Assembly (NCBI GenBank): GCA_002245135.1
Contig: NGBS01000876.1
Location: 62,001 to 126,000 of the forward strand
DNA length: 64,000 bases
Source: Proteromonas lacertae
Lineage: Eukaryota
Reading direction: 5' to 3'
Shown here: positions 1-13,732 of the stretch, piece by piece
How positions within the stretch are numbered: the first letter of the stretch is position 1
Layout of the letters: each line of letters opens with the position of its first letter
Program-made: the position numbers and the translations under genes
Notes under the pieces: model-generated
The model's input: only the letters and a program-made list of their open reading frames with translations
Told to the model about the DNA's origin: nothing
Database searches by the model: none

Positions 1-1262
1 CATGAAAAGATACTGTTGCACGTTTGGAAATGACAAAATATACAATTGGAATCATATAAAGAAGTGATAATATATAATAACAAATGTATATTACTAATAT
101 TAGATCACGATCTATAGGCTCATTTAAAGCTATAATCATCCGTAATATTCCAAATATAATGGAATAGACAAGATAAACAACCTGTAATTCAAACACAGGT
201 TTACTTCTTTTAGGATTTCTAGCAATTACATAGTATAATTGAACTGCTAACAATAACCATAAAAAGTATGAAACAGTCTCTTGCATATGGTAATTGCAAC
301 ACTTACTATAATATTCAATTCCAAAAAAAGATTCGTTTTCTATTGTAATTTCCTGTCTATTTACAAATGCTAATCTAACTAACAATAATATATAGAATAA
401 AGATAACATGGTAATCTCTATTCTATTATTTCTAAAATTCTCTTGTTCTATTTCCTTATTTACAAAATATGGTACAAATGAGTAGAAGAAAATGTAAAAA
501 TTGTCTATAAACTGCTCAAAGACACAAGATGCATTATTCTTTCTTACAACTATCAAAATTTGATATATACCCAGTAATATAGGGATAAACAACCAAAAAC
601 CAAAACTTAGTGGTATTTTATAAATTTTAAACTTTCTATACAAATAAAAATAAAAATGTAATATATTAATATAATAATACCTTTGATTCTGTTTAAAAAA
701 GACAAATACAAAAATATCTAATAGAATCAACAAAACACTAAATGTTATAAATAATGCTAATGAAGTAGTATCAGTGAAATAATAAATATCAATTTCTTTA
801 GGAAGCCAAGTATAAGGAGCTGGATAAATTACATGACAAGTACAATCAGAATAACCATTACTTTCACTACAAATATGATCATCTTTATTACATATTGGAG
901 ATGTAGAAGGTGCAATAATATGTGGAACAGTATAATGTTCATAGGACTGTATTTGATGTAATGTTGATTTTAATTCTCTATTCATATGAGTATTATCAAA
1001 ACTAACAGGCCCAAAGAATGTCTCCCAAACCTGGCATCCTTCTTTACAACTTAATGATTTACAATTTTGTGTTACTTCCTCTCTATCTTCACTAACACAT
1101 ACAGAAAAAGATGATTCAAATACAGCTAAAAGATTACCAAAATTATATGAAGTAAAGAAATTAGCATTATCTTCGAAATTAACATTTCGGATGGTTGATG
1201 ATAATTCTGTAATTCTTTGAATTGTTATTCCAATCAAACTTCTATATATATAAAGAACATTA

Positions 1263-1302
<40 letters not shown>

Positions 1303-2655
1303 CTCTTCCAATATATTCATAATCACCACTAAATGATACTGATGATTTAGGATAAATTGTTTTATTTAAAAAGTTTATATAATTATCATCAACATATTTA
1401 ATATAATCCTCAGTATTGCCCATATATGCTTTATTATCTCCTTTATAACCATATCCAACATTCTCACTGAATGCACTTGCATAATAGACATATGTATTAT
1501 CTACACCTCTATCTCGTGGTATAATCACTGTACTACTTCGAGTCAAGCCCATTATTACTCTGGGAGTATATTTTAATTCTTTTAATAGATTTAAATAGGT
1601 ACTAAATCGATCATCAACATTTAAGATTAAAACATCTGGATCTTCATTCTGTATTAATTTTAACCAGCTTTTCATTGTTTCTGTTAATTGATAAGTATTA
1701 TATTGATTTAAATCAATCATTGGATATACACAATCTTCTTTACTGTCACAATCACTAACATATTTACAATTAGGAGCTGATAAATTGAACTTTTGACTTT
1801 CACATCTTTTTACTACTACATCCATTATTTCAGAAGTCATGTCTTTATAATTCTTTTCTATTGCTGAGATGACATTTATACTATAATCGATTGTAACTGT
1901 GTCTGTTAATATAGACCATTTTCTAAACCCCATTCTTTTATGGAATATATCAACTGCTGGTAATGCTGTTTCTTCACTTCTCATTATGGGAGTTAATGCG
2001 AATTTATAATCAGTAGAAAAACCATTATCAGGAGCACTATGAAATTATAATATATATATACCATGAACCTAGTATTAATGTATTAAATCCAAATGTTCCA
2101 TACTTCTTATAAACATATTCGTTGATTGAAACAACATAATTATCACCCATTGGAGTTATGAGAAAATGAGGACGGACATCTACTGGTTTTTGTGCTATTT
2201 CATCAACCCAATCATATAATGATTTAGTATATTGTTCATCTGATGCTGTCTATACAATAAAATGAATATTATATACAGTGTCATCTATGATTTTTATAAC
2301 CATACACACTTTCATTCTATTAATAACTACAAAAAATACACATACAGCTTTCCTGTACATTGATTTTTCATATTCATATCTCCTTCTACACATATACCAC
2401 CTAAAGCATTAATATAGTGCTTCCACAACAAATATCCAGTCCATTGTGGTAATTCTGAGCAAAATAAATATGAAAATATACCAAACACATTCATTCCATT
2501 TGTTACACTACCAGCTACTTCTATTCTTATATTGTCTGGACTACATTCTTTATCTGACAACATATGGTATTCCCATGTTAAATTCATACTTAGAACACAC
2601 TGCAATATATAATGGAATATACTTCAATAAAAATAAATGCTAATAGAACAAACAT
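1..2655 (-). CDS. Class C (GABA-B/mGluR-like) GPCR-like receptor: signal peptide, type-1 periplasmic-binding (Venus flytrap) domain, 7TM; runs off the left edge
   Basis: Hand translation from ATG 2655 (MFVLLAFIFIE) across short introns. LivJ-like motifs: GYLLWKHYINALGGICV, NEDPDVLIL...LKELKYTPR, ETFFGPVSFDN. Seven hydrophobic segments in 1-780, with Cys at the top of TM3 (NNASC) and in ECL2 (KCCNY), and TM7 MIPIVY. Confidence 0.75.
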
Positions 2656-2833
2656 TAATCAATAACGAATAATACTACAAGCTTTAGTTTGAGAAGAAAT
2701 TAATTATTGTATTTCATCAGCTATAAATTTGTTTATGTTTATAGTTTTTATTTTCTTTGCCTTTTAATGAGTTATTTTGGTTAAATCAAACCTAATTTCA
2801 AAACAAAACATAACGATTGAGTATTAGTAAAAA

Positions 2834-5178
2834 TTAAAATTTACTTGATTTCCTAGCCCTCTTTCTTGGTCTTTCATCATCCTTTCTTGTACTTCCTTCT
2901 TCTCCATTCTCTTCGACTTCTTTCTTCTTTTCTTCTCTCATTCTTTTTATTCTCTCTGTGTTATGATTTTCAATAGCAAATTCAACAATTAATCTACTAG
3001 TAATAGCAGGTATTTCATCTTTCTTCTTATCTTTGTTCTGTCCACTCACACTTAACCACCAATACTTAGGATTGTTATTTACTTCTCGAAGTGCAGACAA
3101 AGCATGGTAATGCTCAGTAAATTCAACAAATCCAGAGCCTTTTGAGACTGATCCTTCTTTGGCTTCTCTTAATACCATTGATTGAATAATCTTAATCTCA
3201 GGATTAGGTGTTGTTGGTCTTAACTGTGGCTTTATATCATCAATATTAACTAAATGGTTTTTAAGTGCCTTTTTAGTTGCTCTATATTTATTAAATAAGA
3301 TTAGATTTATACTCATTAAACACTTTTCTTAACATCTTTCCATGAACATGTTTTCCTAAGTTTTTAACACTCAACCTTTTACTGGAAACATAAAATAATG
3401 GATTCTTTAATTTAGTCTGTTTATCAAGCTTGCTTCTAGCTCTCTTTTCAATATCTTTTTCTGGTATTCCTTCAGCATGTCTTAAATCAATTGATCCTTC
3501 TTCTAATAAATATAAATTTCTTCTATCTTTTTCTTTTTCATTCTTTTTATCATCCAAAACTCTTAAATAATAATAATAATATATATATACTTTGTCAGTT
3601 CTTTCTTTGGTAATGCTCTTGATAAGAATAATGGTCTGTCATTTAGTTTCAATATTTTACTTACACTTTCTAAGGAAAATTTTAATGATTGTGTTTCTGG
3701 AGGATATTCTAATAATAATTTATCCGCTGATTCTTTTTGTTCATATTGTACAAAGCCTGATCCTTTTGGCAAACCAGTTATTTTGTCTTTCACCAACTTT
3801 AAATCAGCTATTTTCCCCCATTTACCAAATACTTTGTATAAATCTTTTATTTGTACATCATATGCTAAATTACTAACAAATATTGTCCTTCCTTCAACTG
3901 AATCACCTATTTTTTCTCTATATTATTAAATAAAAATAATATAATAATCATACAATGCTTTTTCTCTAGCTATTTCTAATGGAGATTTCTTTTTCTCTTT
4001 TTTCGATTTTTTGTTTTTATTTTCTTTTTCTTCTTCTTCTTCTTCCTCCTCTTCCTCATTTTCATTTTCATTTTCATCATCGTCTTCTTCTTTTCTTATC
4101 TTTATTTTTTGCTTATTCTTATCTTTTGTTTCTTTTTCTACACTTTCTTCTTCATCATCATCATCACCTTCCTCTTTTTTCTGTTCTTCATATTCTTTCT
4201 TACTCAATATAAAATCTACAGCAATTTGTCTATCAATTATCACTTTACCATTTAATTCTAAAACAGCATCTTTACCATCATTCTGAAACAGGAACTGAAC
4301 AAATGCATAACCTTTCATATGTTTTGCATCTTTTCGTGGGATATAAATCTCTTCAATTGGACCAAAGAAATGGAATAATTCATATATATCACTTTCTTTT
4401 GCTTTAAATGATAAATTATGTATAATTAGTCTACACTGATTCTTTTCTTTTTGATTTAATGCCATTGCTGACAGCCTTCTCACTTGTATTATACTGCCAT
4501 TTATCTCTGTATTGTCTATTCTTTTTTGAACAAATTTAATTTGTTGTTTATTTGAAAATTTCAATAGTGCTACTGGATTCATTTCACTAAAAAGCTGATA
4601 TGGATATTCTAGTTCTATTTTATCATCAAATCTTTTGCAGTATTCCATCATACTATCCAATTTACTGTCATTTGGTATATTGAAAACGATTAATATATCA
4701 CCTCTCTCTTTCTTTGTTATTGACTTTATTCCTTCGTTTAATACTATTTAATTGAATACTAATATAGGTAAAATACTATTCTTTTTTGGTTTTGGTGGTA
4801 ATAATTTAGTTTTTTCTTCTTTAGACATAGCCCAATCAACCTTAATTTTCTTGCCATTAAAAGTTGTATTATTAAATTTGCCAATTGCATTTTTAGCATC
4901 TTCATACATTTCACTAATAATTTAAAACATATTAATAATAAATATATACTATTCAACATAACCATGACCACTAAATGATCCATCTCTTTTCTACAAAATG
5001 TTAGAAAATACTTGCTTTATCATACTTTAACTATAAATGCTTTAACTATTGGACCAGTTTGAATGAAATACTCTGAAAAGCTCTATTAATACTATATTCA
5101 TATTATAAATACTTCATCAGTTGTTGTATTAGATAAACCAGTGACAAAAAGTGTTTTGTTCTGCTCTATTTTTGACAT
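2834..5178 (-). CDS. RBM28: Nucleolar multi-RRM protein RBM28/Nop4
   Basis: RRM motifs (LIIHNLSF, KGYAFVQF, KGSGFVQY, KGSGFVEF), an acidic linker, and Nop4-typical RRNLYLLEEG, KLKNPLFYVS and RLIVEFAIEN. ATG at 5178; several introns. Confidence 0.9.
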
Positions 5179-5363
5179 GATAAAAATGTTTCAAAAATTT
5201 ATTCGTTTCAATATTTTTATTTTGTTTATTTGATGCTAATACCAGTTTTATTCAACACTATTAATATTATAAATATGTTTACAAAATAATTTAAAAAAAT
5301 AACAACCTACAATATTCTTTATTCTACAGCTATTAATCTAAAACTATATTTATTATTGGAAAA

Positions 5364-6573
5364 TTAAAATTGATCATAATCACAGTTGCTCCTTCTAGAG
5401 CTAAAGTTACTATTAGCAGGTCTAAGAATTGAAGTAGTACATCTGTTAGTATTCTGAGCAAATTCCGAGGCTAAGGATGAGTTACTTGATGTTCTCTTTC
5501 CTCCAATAGAATACCTTGTTGGAACTAACTTTCTGAATTGTAGGTAATATTGATCAATTTTACCTATTATATCAGATTGTTTGAAGTATGTCAAGTATTT
5601 CAGTGGAAATGTCTCTCTTGTGAATGAAAAGTTACTGTTATATTTACTGATTATATTGGTGGTAATATCAGAGAAAGAAATTTCACCTAATTCACAAGTA
5701 TAATCATATCTACTAGGAGGAGGTTCACCAGCCCAAATTCTTTTAATTTTATTGATACAATTCTCATTAGGATATTTACCATTATGTACATTTTGATATG
5801 TCTTAATTAACTGGATGTTTAATTTTCTATTCATTATTACTTCAACTCTGTGACCTGGAAAAAACTTGTGTATCATCGCTATTCTAAATAGATATAATGG
5901 TTCCCAAACTAGATAAGTCCTGCTGATGAAGTTGAAGAAGTGTTTTAAACTAATATGACCATCACCATTTCTATTAATTAGAAAATGATTATATATATAT
6001 ATATATATATACAGATCTAGATGTTTGAAAAAATCATAACTAGTAGAATCTAAATAATGATCAGTATCCAGCAGTGATGCTAGTTTATTCACAACTTCCC
6101 ATGTCACTTTACCGCTGTAATTTTCCAATGTATTTAATAATACTATGATGTTATAATGATAAATATATATATACAATAAAATGTACAAACCATTGGAGAT
6201 AAACAGAAGAATAATATGAATTGAAAGAAATCATTCCAGTGTACACCGTTTTCTATATGTTATAACTATATATCGCTTATACTGAATATCGAAAAGATTT
6301 GGTCAAACACTGGCTTATACCCAATTTGCAAATCAGCAACAAAACTATACATAAATATGGGGATCTGCTTTAAAGATCTAATGCATTGCATCTAAATAAT
6401 AAAATATACTCCTTGGAAGTCTTATATTGGACTTTTAGCCTCTTTATATCATAAATGTTTACTAGGATGTAATAAACGGTAATTTTACAATTAAAGTATT
6501 TAGCATAAAGCAAAGATGAGTGATTTAGCTTAAATGGATCAGCATCCTCAGAAGGTGTTACTTTTGAAGACAT
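5364..6573 (-). CDS. Hypothetical EF-hand-like protein, tandem paralog 1
   Basis: The spliced product contains DLNGDGHISLKHF (degenerate EF loop). It shares HWNDFFQF, VWEPLY, YDY.C and ETFPLKYLT with the next gene. Confidence 0.7.
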
Positions 6574-6874
6574 GATTTTTATAGTCGTTACTAATTCGTT
6601 TTATTGAAATTCATAGCATATCTTTCATATAAATGTGTTTATGACATTTTCTTCAGTCATAAAAACTATATAGATAGTAAGATCTTCATTTTTGGGGTCT
6701 GTGGAGTGTGATCATCTTGAAGCATTATCATGATCATGGAAAATAGACCACGAAGACAATAAAAGACTGTCATTTAAAGCGTTTTTATTTGAATATATAC
6801 ACATTATACTGCCAATGTTAATATAATAGTTTTTAAATTAAAAGGACAATACATATATTTATTTAATAGGCATA

Positions 6875-8068
6875 TTATGATTTCTCATCATAGTCTTCTT
6901 CAGGGATGTGATATGTCAACGTTGCTTCTGCTTCAACTGTTACTTTTCGTGTATAGTTGCTATTTGTTGACTTTAAGATAGAACTCTGTCTAGTTTCCTT
7001 CGTGCTATCGTAATTTGAGAAACTAGATGCACTACTATTTCGAGCTTTACTGTTTTGAGGTAATTGCTTTTTAAACACCATATAAAACTGGTCTAAATGC
7101 CCTAAGAATGGAAATTGCTTATAGAACGTCAAATATTTCAATGGAAATGTCTCTTTTTTATATACATACGCTGGGTTATACTTTTGAATCATAATTGTTG
7201 TTAAATCACTGAAAGAAATGTCAGATGGATCACATGAATAATCATAATGTGAAGGGTTTGGCAAGCCATTCCATACTCTCGTAAGGCACTGTAAACAGCT
7301 TTCTGGGGGATAATGATTATGATGTAAAGATTTATACATTTTTATTGTTTCTAAACCTCCTCTTCTTTTGAAGATTGTATCTGCTAAATTATCTGGAAAG
7401 AAGAAGTTTATTAATGAGCCTCGAAATATGTACAATGGTTCCCATACAATGTATGTATGACCTACAAAATTGAAGAAGTTCTTCAAAGTGATTTGACCAT
7501 CAGCATTTCTATAATTATTAGTTAATATAAGTAGTAGATATACAAGTCTAATCTATCAAATAATTCGTATGTTGATTCATCTAATTCAGTATTTGTCCCG
7601 AGTAAAGTTGTTAATCTCAAGATGTGATTCCATGACACTGAGCCTTGATATAAGTCAACTGTGTTTAATAACGCGTAGAATATAGCTACCATTGGAGCAA
7701 ATGAAAAAAACATTACAAATTGAAAGAAATCATTCCAATGCATCGTTTGCTCTATAAGCACAAATAAATACAATATTTATACGAAATGGGGAAAATAAAT
7801 AATCAAATAAAGGTACATAATTAATCTTAAGGTTTATAATGAAGCTATGAGCAAAATAATTGGAAGGGCCGCATGCTCTATTGAATTATTGATGAATAAA
7901 TACTTCTTAATTTCGTGTAATTTTACTCTGATTTTCTTTATATCGTAGTTATTTACTAATCAGCATAATAAATAAATATGATATACAGGCGAAATATTTG
8001 GCAAAGAGGATTGATGTGTCATTAAAACTATTCCTATCCGCCTTTGCTGGAGCAACTTTGTTGTTCAT
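6875..8068 (-). CDS. Hypothetical EF-hand-like protein, tandem paralog 2
   Basis: ATG 8068 (MNNKVAP); DLNADGQITLKNF; colinear with 5364-6573, with matching introns where checked. Confidence 0.7.
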
Positions 8069-8427
8069 TTTTACTAAAACGATAAAAATATGACTGTATT
8101 CTCAATACCCCCTTCAGTCTTTTTGATTGTCAAGTCAAGCCTGATACACATGAAAAAAAGAATCATTTGTAAAGAAAAATCTACAAAATATATTATTTAT
8201 ATGTGCTTGATTTTTATAAAATACAATGAAGGGTAAAAAAAGGAGAACATGAGTAATAAACAATTTACTTTTATTATCTGTCAGAGCTTGTGGTATTTTA
8301 CAAGTAATTTTTAATTTATTCGTTATCATCCCTTAAAGCTATAGCATATATAATATTTGAAAATCAAACAAGGTTTGAGCTAAAAAAATTTATAATCGTT
8401 TCGTTATTTATTTTTTGTTTTTTCGTT

Positions 8428-10803
8428 ATGAATGCAGATATAAATAATTCATCTACATATGATTCTGATACAAATTCTATATATGAATCGAGAAATGCTA
8501 CTCCTATACAGACAAGCAAGAATATGAGAGAATCTCAGTACAATATACTGGATGACACTCCAACTTTTACAGAAGCTTTAAACAGGACTAATTGTATGTT
8601 TTACATATATAGAATTATAGTTACACATTCTGAAGGAGTAATTCTAAGATCTCTGTGGCTTAAATTCTCTAGATCCCTAGAACATGAAATACCAATATCC
8701 ACATTCTATAAATTACTTAAGAGTTGTACAAATTCAGACTGTCCATCAGCACTGTATAGAATATAATAAGTTATATAATATAGAGAAATTATATTTCAAG
8801 CATTTGATAAAGATAAAAGTGGTTTCGTTGACTTTGGTGAATTTCTTGAAGGATTTTGCCCTTTACTCAAAGGAAGTGATGAAGATATATTAGAATGTAT
8901 ATAATCTTGTCATAATATGTTATATAAATATATAGTTATATTCAATGCATGTGATGATGATGGAAATGCTCATTTAGATATAGATGAAGTATGTCATTTA
9001 ATAAACAGTGGAATGATTACCTTTCCATCAGAGAATTTAGATATAATAGAATATTCACTAACAACTCTAACCCGAGGATTTACACTGAAAGAATTCTTAA
9101 CAGCAATGAAAACATGGGATGTGATAATACCTCCACTATTTGTAGGTATACCAATAGGTGAAAGAAGTATAAACAACCAAGTTAATGAAGAATGATGTAA
9201 TGATCTCTAAATTAATAAAGAAATCAGCTAAAAATCAATCAGAGATTGCTTTGGATATAGTTTTCAATTCTGTTTCACCATATATCATTTTTTTATATAT
9301 ATTTTTTACATGTTGTGACTTTAATTTTATTTGTTGTACTATCTGTATATACATGGAAATATTCACCAAAAAGTAGTGAAAAGGTTAATTTAAGAGAAAA
9401 ATTGGTATTAAAAGCTTGTATTGACAAATTATTGTATAAAACTGGAAAAGGGATAATGAGCGTAGTGTTTTGTTCAGAACAGTCGTTAGAATTCTTTAAG
9501 AATTTATTTTGGTACATTTACTGTTACTTTTTTGTAAAAAATTCAAATGGAGTATCAGGATAAAATAATGAAGAATTTATCTGAAAATTATATTTTATTC
9601 TTATCAAATTACCCTAAACTACCTGATAATGTAAATGCTGCTTTTTCATTGGTTCATGCTGAAGGAGTTATAACTGCTTTATTCTATATCTTTAGGAAAG
9701 TTAGAAATCTATTAGTAATGCAATTTAGAATAATGGTCCATAAATTAGTATATATATATATATATTGAAATATTATTATTATTATTATTATAGACTTATA
9801 AGATTACAACTGGTATAAATATAGAGACTCTCTCAATCAAAGCAATTCTACAGAATGCGTTTAGAGAATATGTTGATAATGATAGAGAAAGGAGATTAGC
9901 TGAAATGATGAATAAGAATAGTATATTTATATATATAAGGTAATTATAAATAAATAGAAAGAACCAAACAAGTAATAGATCAAAATATAATTGATATACA
10001 AGAAAGTGTAGACAAAATGAATAAAGGAGCAGCAAAAGTATATTATAATTATATATTATACATAATAGAGTCGATTATATGAAAGAGATTATGAAGTAGA
10101 TGAAAGTGTTCTATATGACATTCCTTACTATAAAATATTAGAAGATGATGAAAGAGAAAATGAAAAAATAACAATGACACAAAGCAACACAAGTAAAGTA
10201 AAGAATAAATTATCAGTTTATAAAACCAGTATTGCCTTAAAGAAGTCTTTTTCTAATACAAGAAATATAAGTCCAATGAAAACATCAAAGATAAAATGTT
10301 CAAGATCACTTCCTAGTTTAGTTCCAGTGAATAGAATCGAAGAATTACAAATTAATTTAGATATTAATAAAATAGATCCATATAATAATTATTATAGTAA
10401 AAAGAATAATATAATGAAGGAAAAGTTTGAATTACCTAAAATAGATGAAGATTCTGAAGTTCTTAACACTTCTTCAATATCTCCCACTTCATCTTCTTCT
10501 ACATCAACTTCAAAAAGTGTGTTGAAATCGAAAAAGAAGATGAGAAGTACTCTCAATGATTATTTGAATAATACGAAAAGAAAAAATAAAGTTGAATATA
10601 ATTTGACAAGAGAAGATATACCATATTTGAGCAATACTCCTTTACCGAAGATAATGACTGAAATACATCAAAAATTACCTTTGAATATTCGAGATGTAGT
10701 GAAATTTGAAAGTAAAGAAGATAAGTTGAAAGATCATAATTACAAACCAGAATATAGCCCTATGAGTTCTCCTAATAGAAAAAGTCATTTAAAGTATTTT
10801 TAA
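8428..10803 (+). CDS. NCS/calcineurin-B-like EF-hand domain fused to a FAM227/FWWh-like domain (needs about 3 single-base indel corrections)
   Basis: Spliced EF loops FDKDKSGFVDFGEF and CDDDGNAHLDIDE, then FFKNLFWYIYCYFF...YQDKIMKNLSENYILFL. Frame breaks near 9160, 9305 and 9545. Confidence 0.55.
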
Positions 10804-10862
10804 TTTGTGTTATAATTAATTAATTTATGTATATTGATTTATTAAGTGTTATTATTGAATAG

Positions 10863-11230
10863 ATTAAAACTTTCATTACTCAACTATCATATTTCTTATG
10901 AATCACAAGTTTTTTTCATTGATTTGTATAAGTAAATTAAAGATTTAATGAAAGAAAGTAATTTTGAAGTATATACTATAATGCAAGATGAAAAAGATAT
11001 TAAAAATGGTGAAAATATTATTAGCGTTTCTTCTGTTGTTAAATTGTTGTAAAACGTTCATCTATGCTTCCACAGTGTTTCAATTAGATAATTATCGTAA
11101 ACATATGTTAGTATTAGTGAATATTGCATGAGAGTCTTGGAAATGAAGAAATGAGTATATTATCTCCTTATATGCATTTATTAAATGATTATGAAGGTAG
11201 AATTAACTGTTATAGTATAATAGTTTAATG
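10863..11230 (+). pseudogene. Decayed coding fragment with an LRR-like remnant
   Basis: 11137-11196 translates LGNEEMSILSPYMHLLNDYE, resembling IGDEGMKILSPHLKILKN at about 37865; surrounding frames contain stops. Confidence 0.35.
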
Positions 11231-11404
11231 TTAAATATCTAATAGAAATGTTATTATATTTAATTGTATTGAAGTATTTACAATTTCCAGAGATAGTTTA
11301 TAATAAAGTAAAATATAAAACAACCTCATAAATACAATAACATAAAATATAAATGGAATACATAAGATATATGCATTATATATAATTAATATTCTTTTTT
11401 TATT

Positions 11405-13677
11405 CTATTTCATTAGACCAATTAAGAAAGACAAATTTTTTCTTCTTCTTTCATTTGTCTCATTTTGAATATACTTCCTTCTTCTTGCACAAACATCGGT
11501 ATATTCTTTATTCAATTCATCTACATTGTTAAATTTCAAGTCAATTTTGTCTAATTCATTCTCTTTCAGATTCATATAATCAAAACTCTTTAAAATCAAT
11601 GGCTCTAATATACTATTTGTAGTCTTGGAATAAACACCAAATTCTGGTTTTATAAAGACTGGGGCTGGTTGATTATATATATCCAATGTAGCTATTGCAC
11701 TTAAATGAACTTTAGTCTTTATTAAATATTCTTCTAAGGTAGTTAAATATCTTACTCTAAATTTCAATCTCAACTATTTATTATTATTTTAAATTAAATA
11801 AGAAAATATACAAAATGATAATACTGTCTTAATATTTCTTTCTTTACATATACTGGAACGTTTGTATTTGGCAAAATAACTTTCATTAATGCTTTTTTAC
11901 TATATTTCATTTCACTATTTCATTATAAATAACTATAATAATAATACTAAACATGAGATATTCTTCTAATTTCTTTATTTACAGATGGAGGACTTCGTGG
12001 AGTTGCTGGTGGTTGAGGAGTTGAAGGAAGTAGTGGTTGTTGTTGTTGTTGGGTTAGAGGTTGACTTTGTTGTAAAATAATACTCTCAAATTTTTCCCAT
12101 TTATTTAATAATACACGATATCTAAAATGGAGTAATTTCAACCACTCTCTCACTTTCTTTTGACATATTATAATATGATATCTGAACATATTCACAATCT
12201 TAAACATCCTTGGTTTTCTACTTCCTAGACAATTGAATACTAAATCTGCACATTTGTCTCTATATTTTCTTTTATACTTTTTTACAAATTCTTTCATCTA
12301 TATTTAATAGCAAATAATAAATAATAACAATATACTCTTGCAACAGCTCTTTGTTTCAATGGTTCTGGATTAGCCAACATTTTCGCCCAAATGATTTTGA
12401 TCTCTTCAGCTTCATCTATTGCTCTTTGTATTTCTCTAATTCTCTCATACAATGAAGTACTAATAGTAAAAAATAAGAGTGAAGAAATATAACAATATTA
12501 TATTTTTAATAGTATTAATAAAAAAGATATTAATGTAAAGAATAACATATTTCATGAATAATTAACCATTTCGTTTGTCTGACTCGTCGATGATAAGCAT
12601 CAAGTCTTCTTTGCTGTAAATTATCTCTTTCTTCTATCATTTCTTTTGTTTTCTTCTTTTTAAATTCTTCAATTTCTTTAGCAAGCATTGACACTCTTTT
12701 CAATTTCATTTCTTGAAGTTTTTGTATTTCTTCTTTCTGTTGTTTTAGTTCATTTGGTGTTACAACTCTTCTATTTTGATGAATGTAAGTATAACCCTTG
12801 ATAATTTCACGATTATGATCTTGAATCACTTTCTTATATAAATCATCTTCTGATAATTTGTCAAGTTTATATTTTAGATCTGGGTGATATCTATAGAGAG
12901 TTCTATGCATTTTTGTCCTATTCAATAATAAATAAATAAATACTTGTCTATATCCTTTGTTTCTTCCTCGATCTTTTTTATATCAATTTTTTCATCTATT
13001 TTCTTATTCAATTCTTCTAATACTTTGTGTTTTGGACTTTTCACTACCAATGGATCTAGTAAGTGAGGATATGCTGATTTAGATTCTAAATCGACTTTTA
13101 TTGGAGAAGTGTTATTCGATGCAAATTGTTTATATACTCTGGGACTTAAGTTATTATATTCAATTAATTTTGATTTATATATTGATAATGAATTCCAGTG
13201 TTTTTCACCATAATTTTGAGCAAATAGAGGTGGAGGTTCATGACTATTGTTGTATAATATATGCAATATATATAAATACTCTGATATATCTATTACAACT
13301 CCTTCTGCACGTAGTTGCTTCTTTATTTCTTCAACATTTAATTTCTTAACAATCTTCTTTCTAGGTTTTCTACCTTTTCTATCCTTTATAGGCAATTTTC
13401 TATCATCTAGATGTTTAATTACTGACCCCCCTGATTCTTTAGGATCATAAATAAAATCTGGAGGTAACATATACCCATCAGGAAGATTATCTTTCAGGCA
13501 TTCGGGAATGCTCTAAGAAATCAATAGAATTACAAAATACCTCTTCTTGTACTTCTGAATTTCGTTTATCTAAGCTCTTTTTACCTCGGATCCTTGGCAA
13601 TCTATTTTTTATTTAATATCTATTTTTTTATACCCTGGTTCGATGTCTTTATGTTTGGATAAAGGCGATTTATTCAT
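11405..13677 (-). CDS. Hypothetical basic coiled-coil protein (multi-exon)
   Basis: ATG 13677 (MNKSPLSK); successive minus-strand ORFs separated by GT-AG introns; no recognisable catalytic motif. Confidence 0.6.
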
Positions 13678-13732
13678 ATGACCGTTTTTGTTGCTCAAGC
13701 CAAGTTTATTTTTATTTTGAAATTTGAATTTT
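13678..13732. promoter_or_regulatory. Putative 55-bp bidirectional promoter with TCAAGC
   Basis: Lies between ATG 13677(-) and ATG 13733(+); TCAAGC at 13695. Confidence 0.55.
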
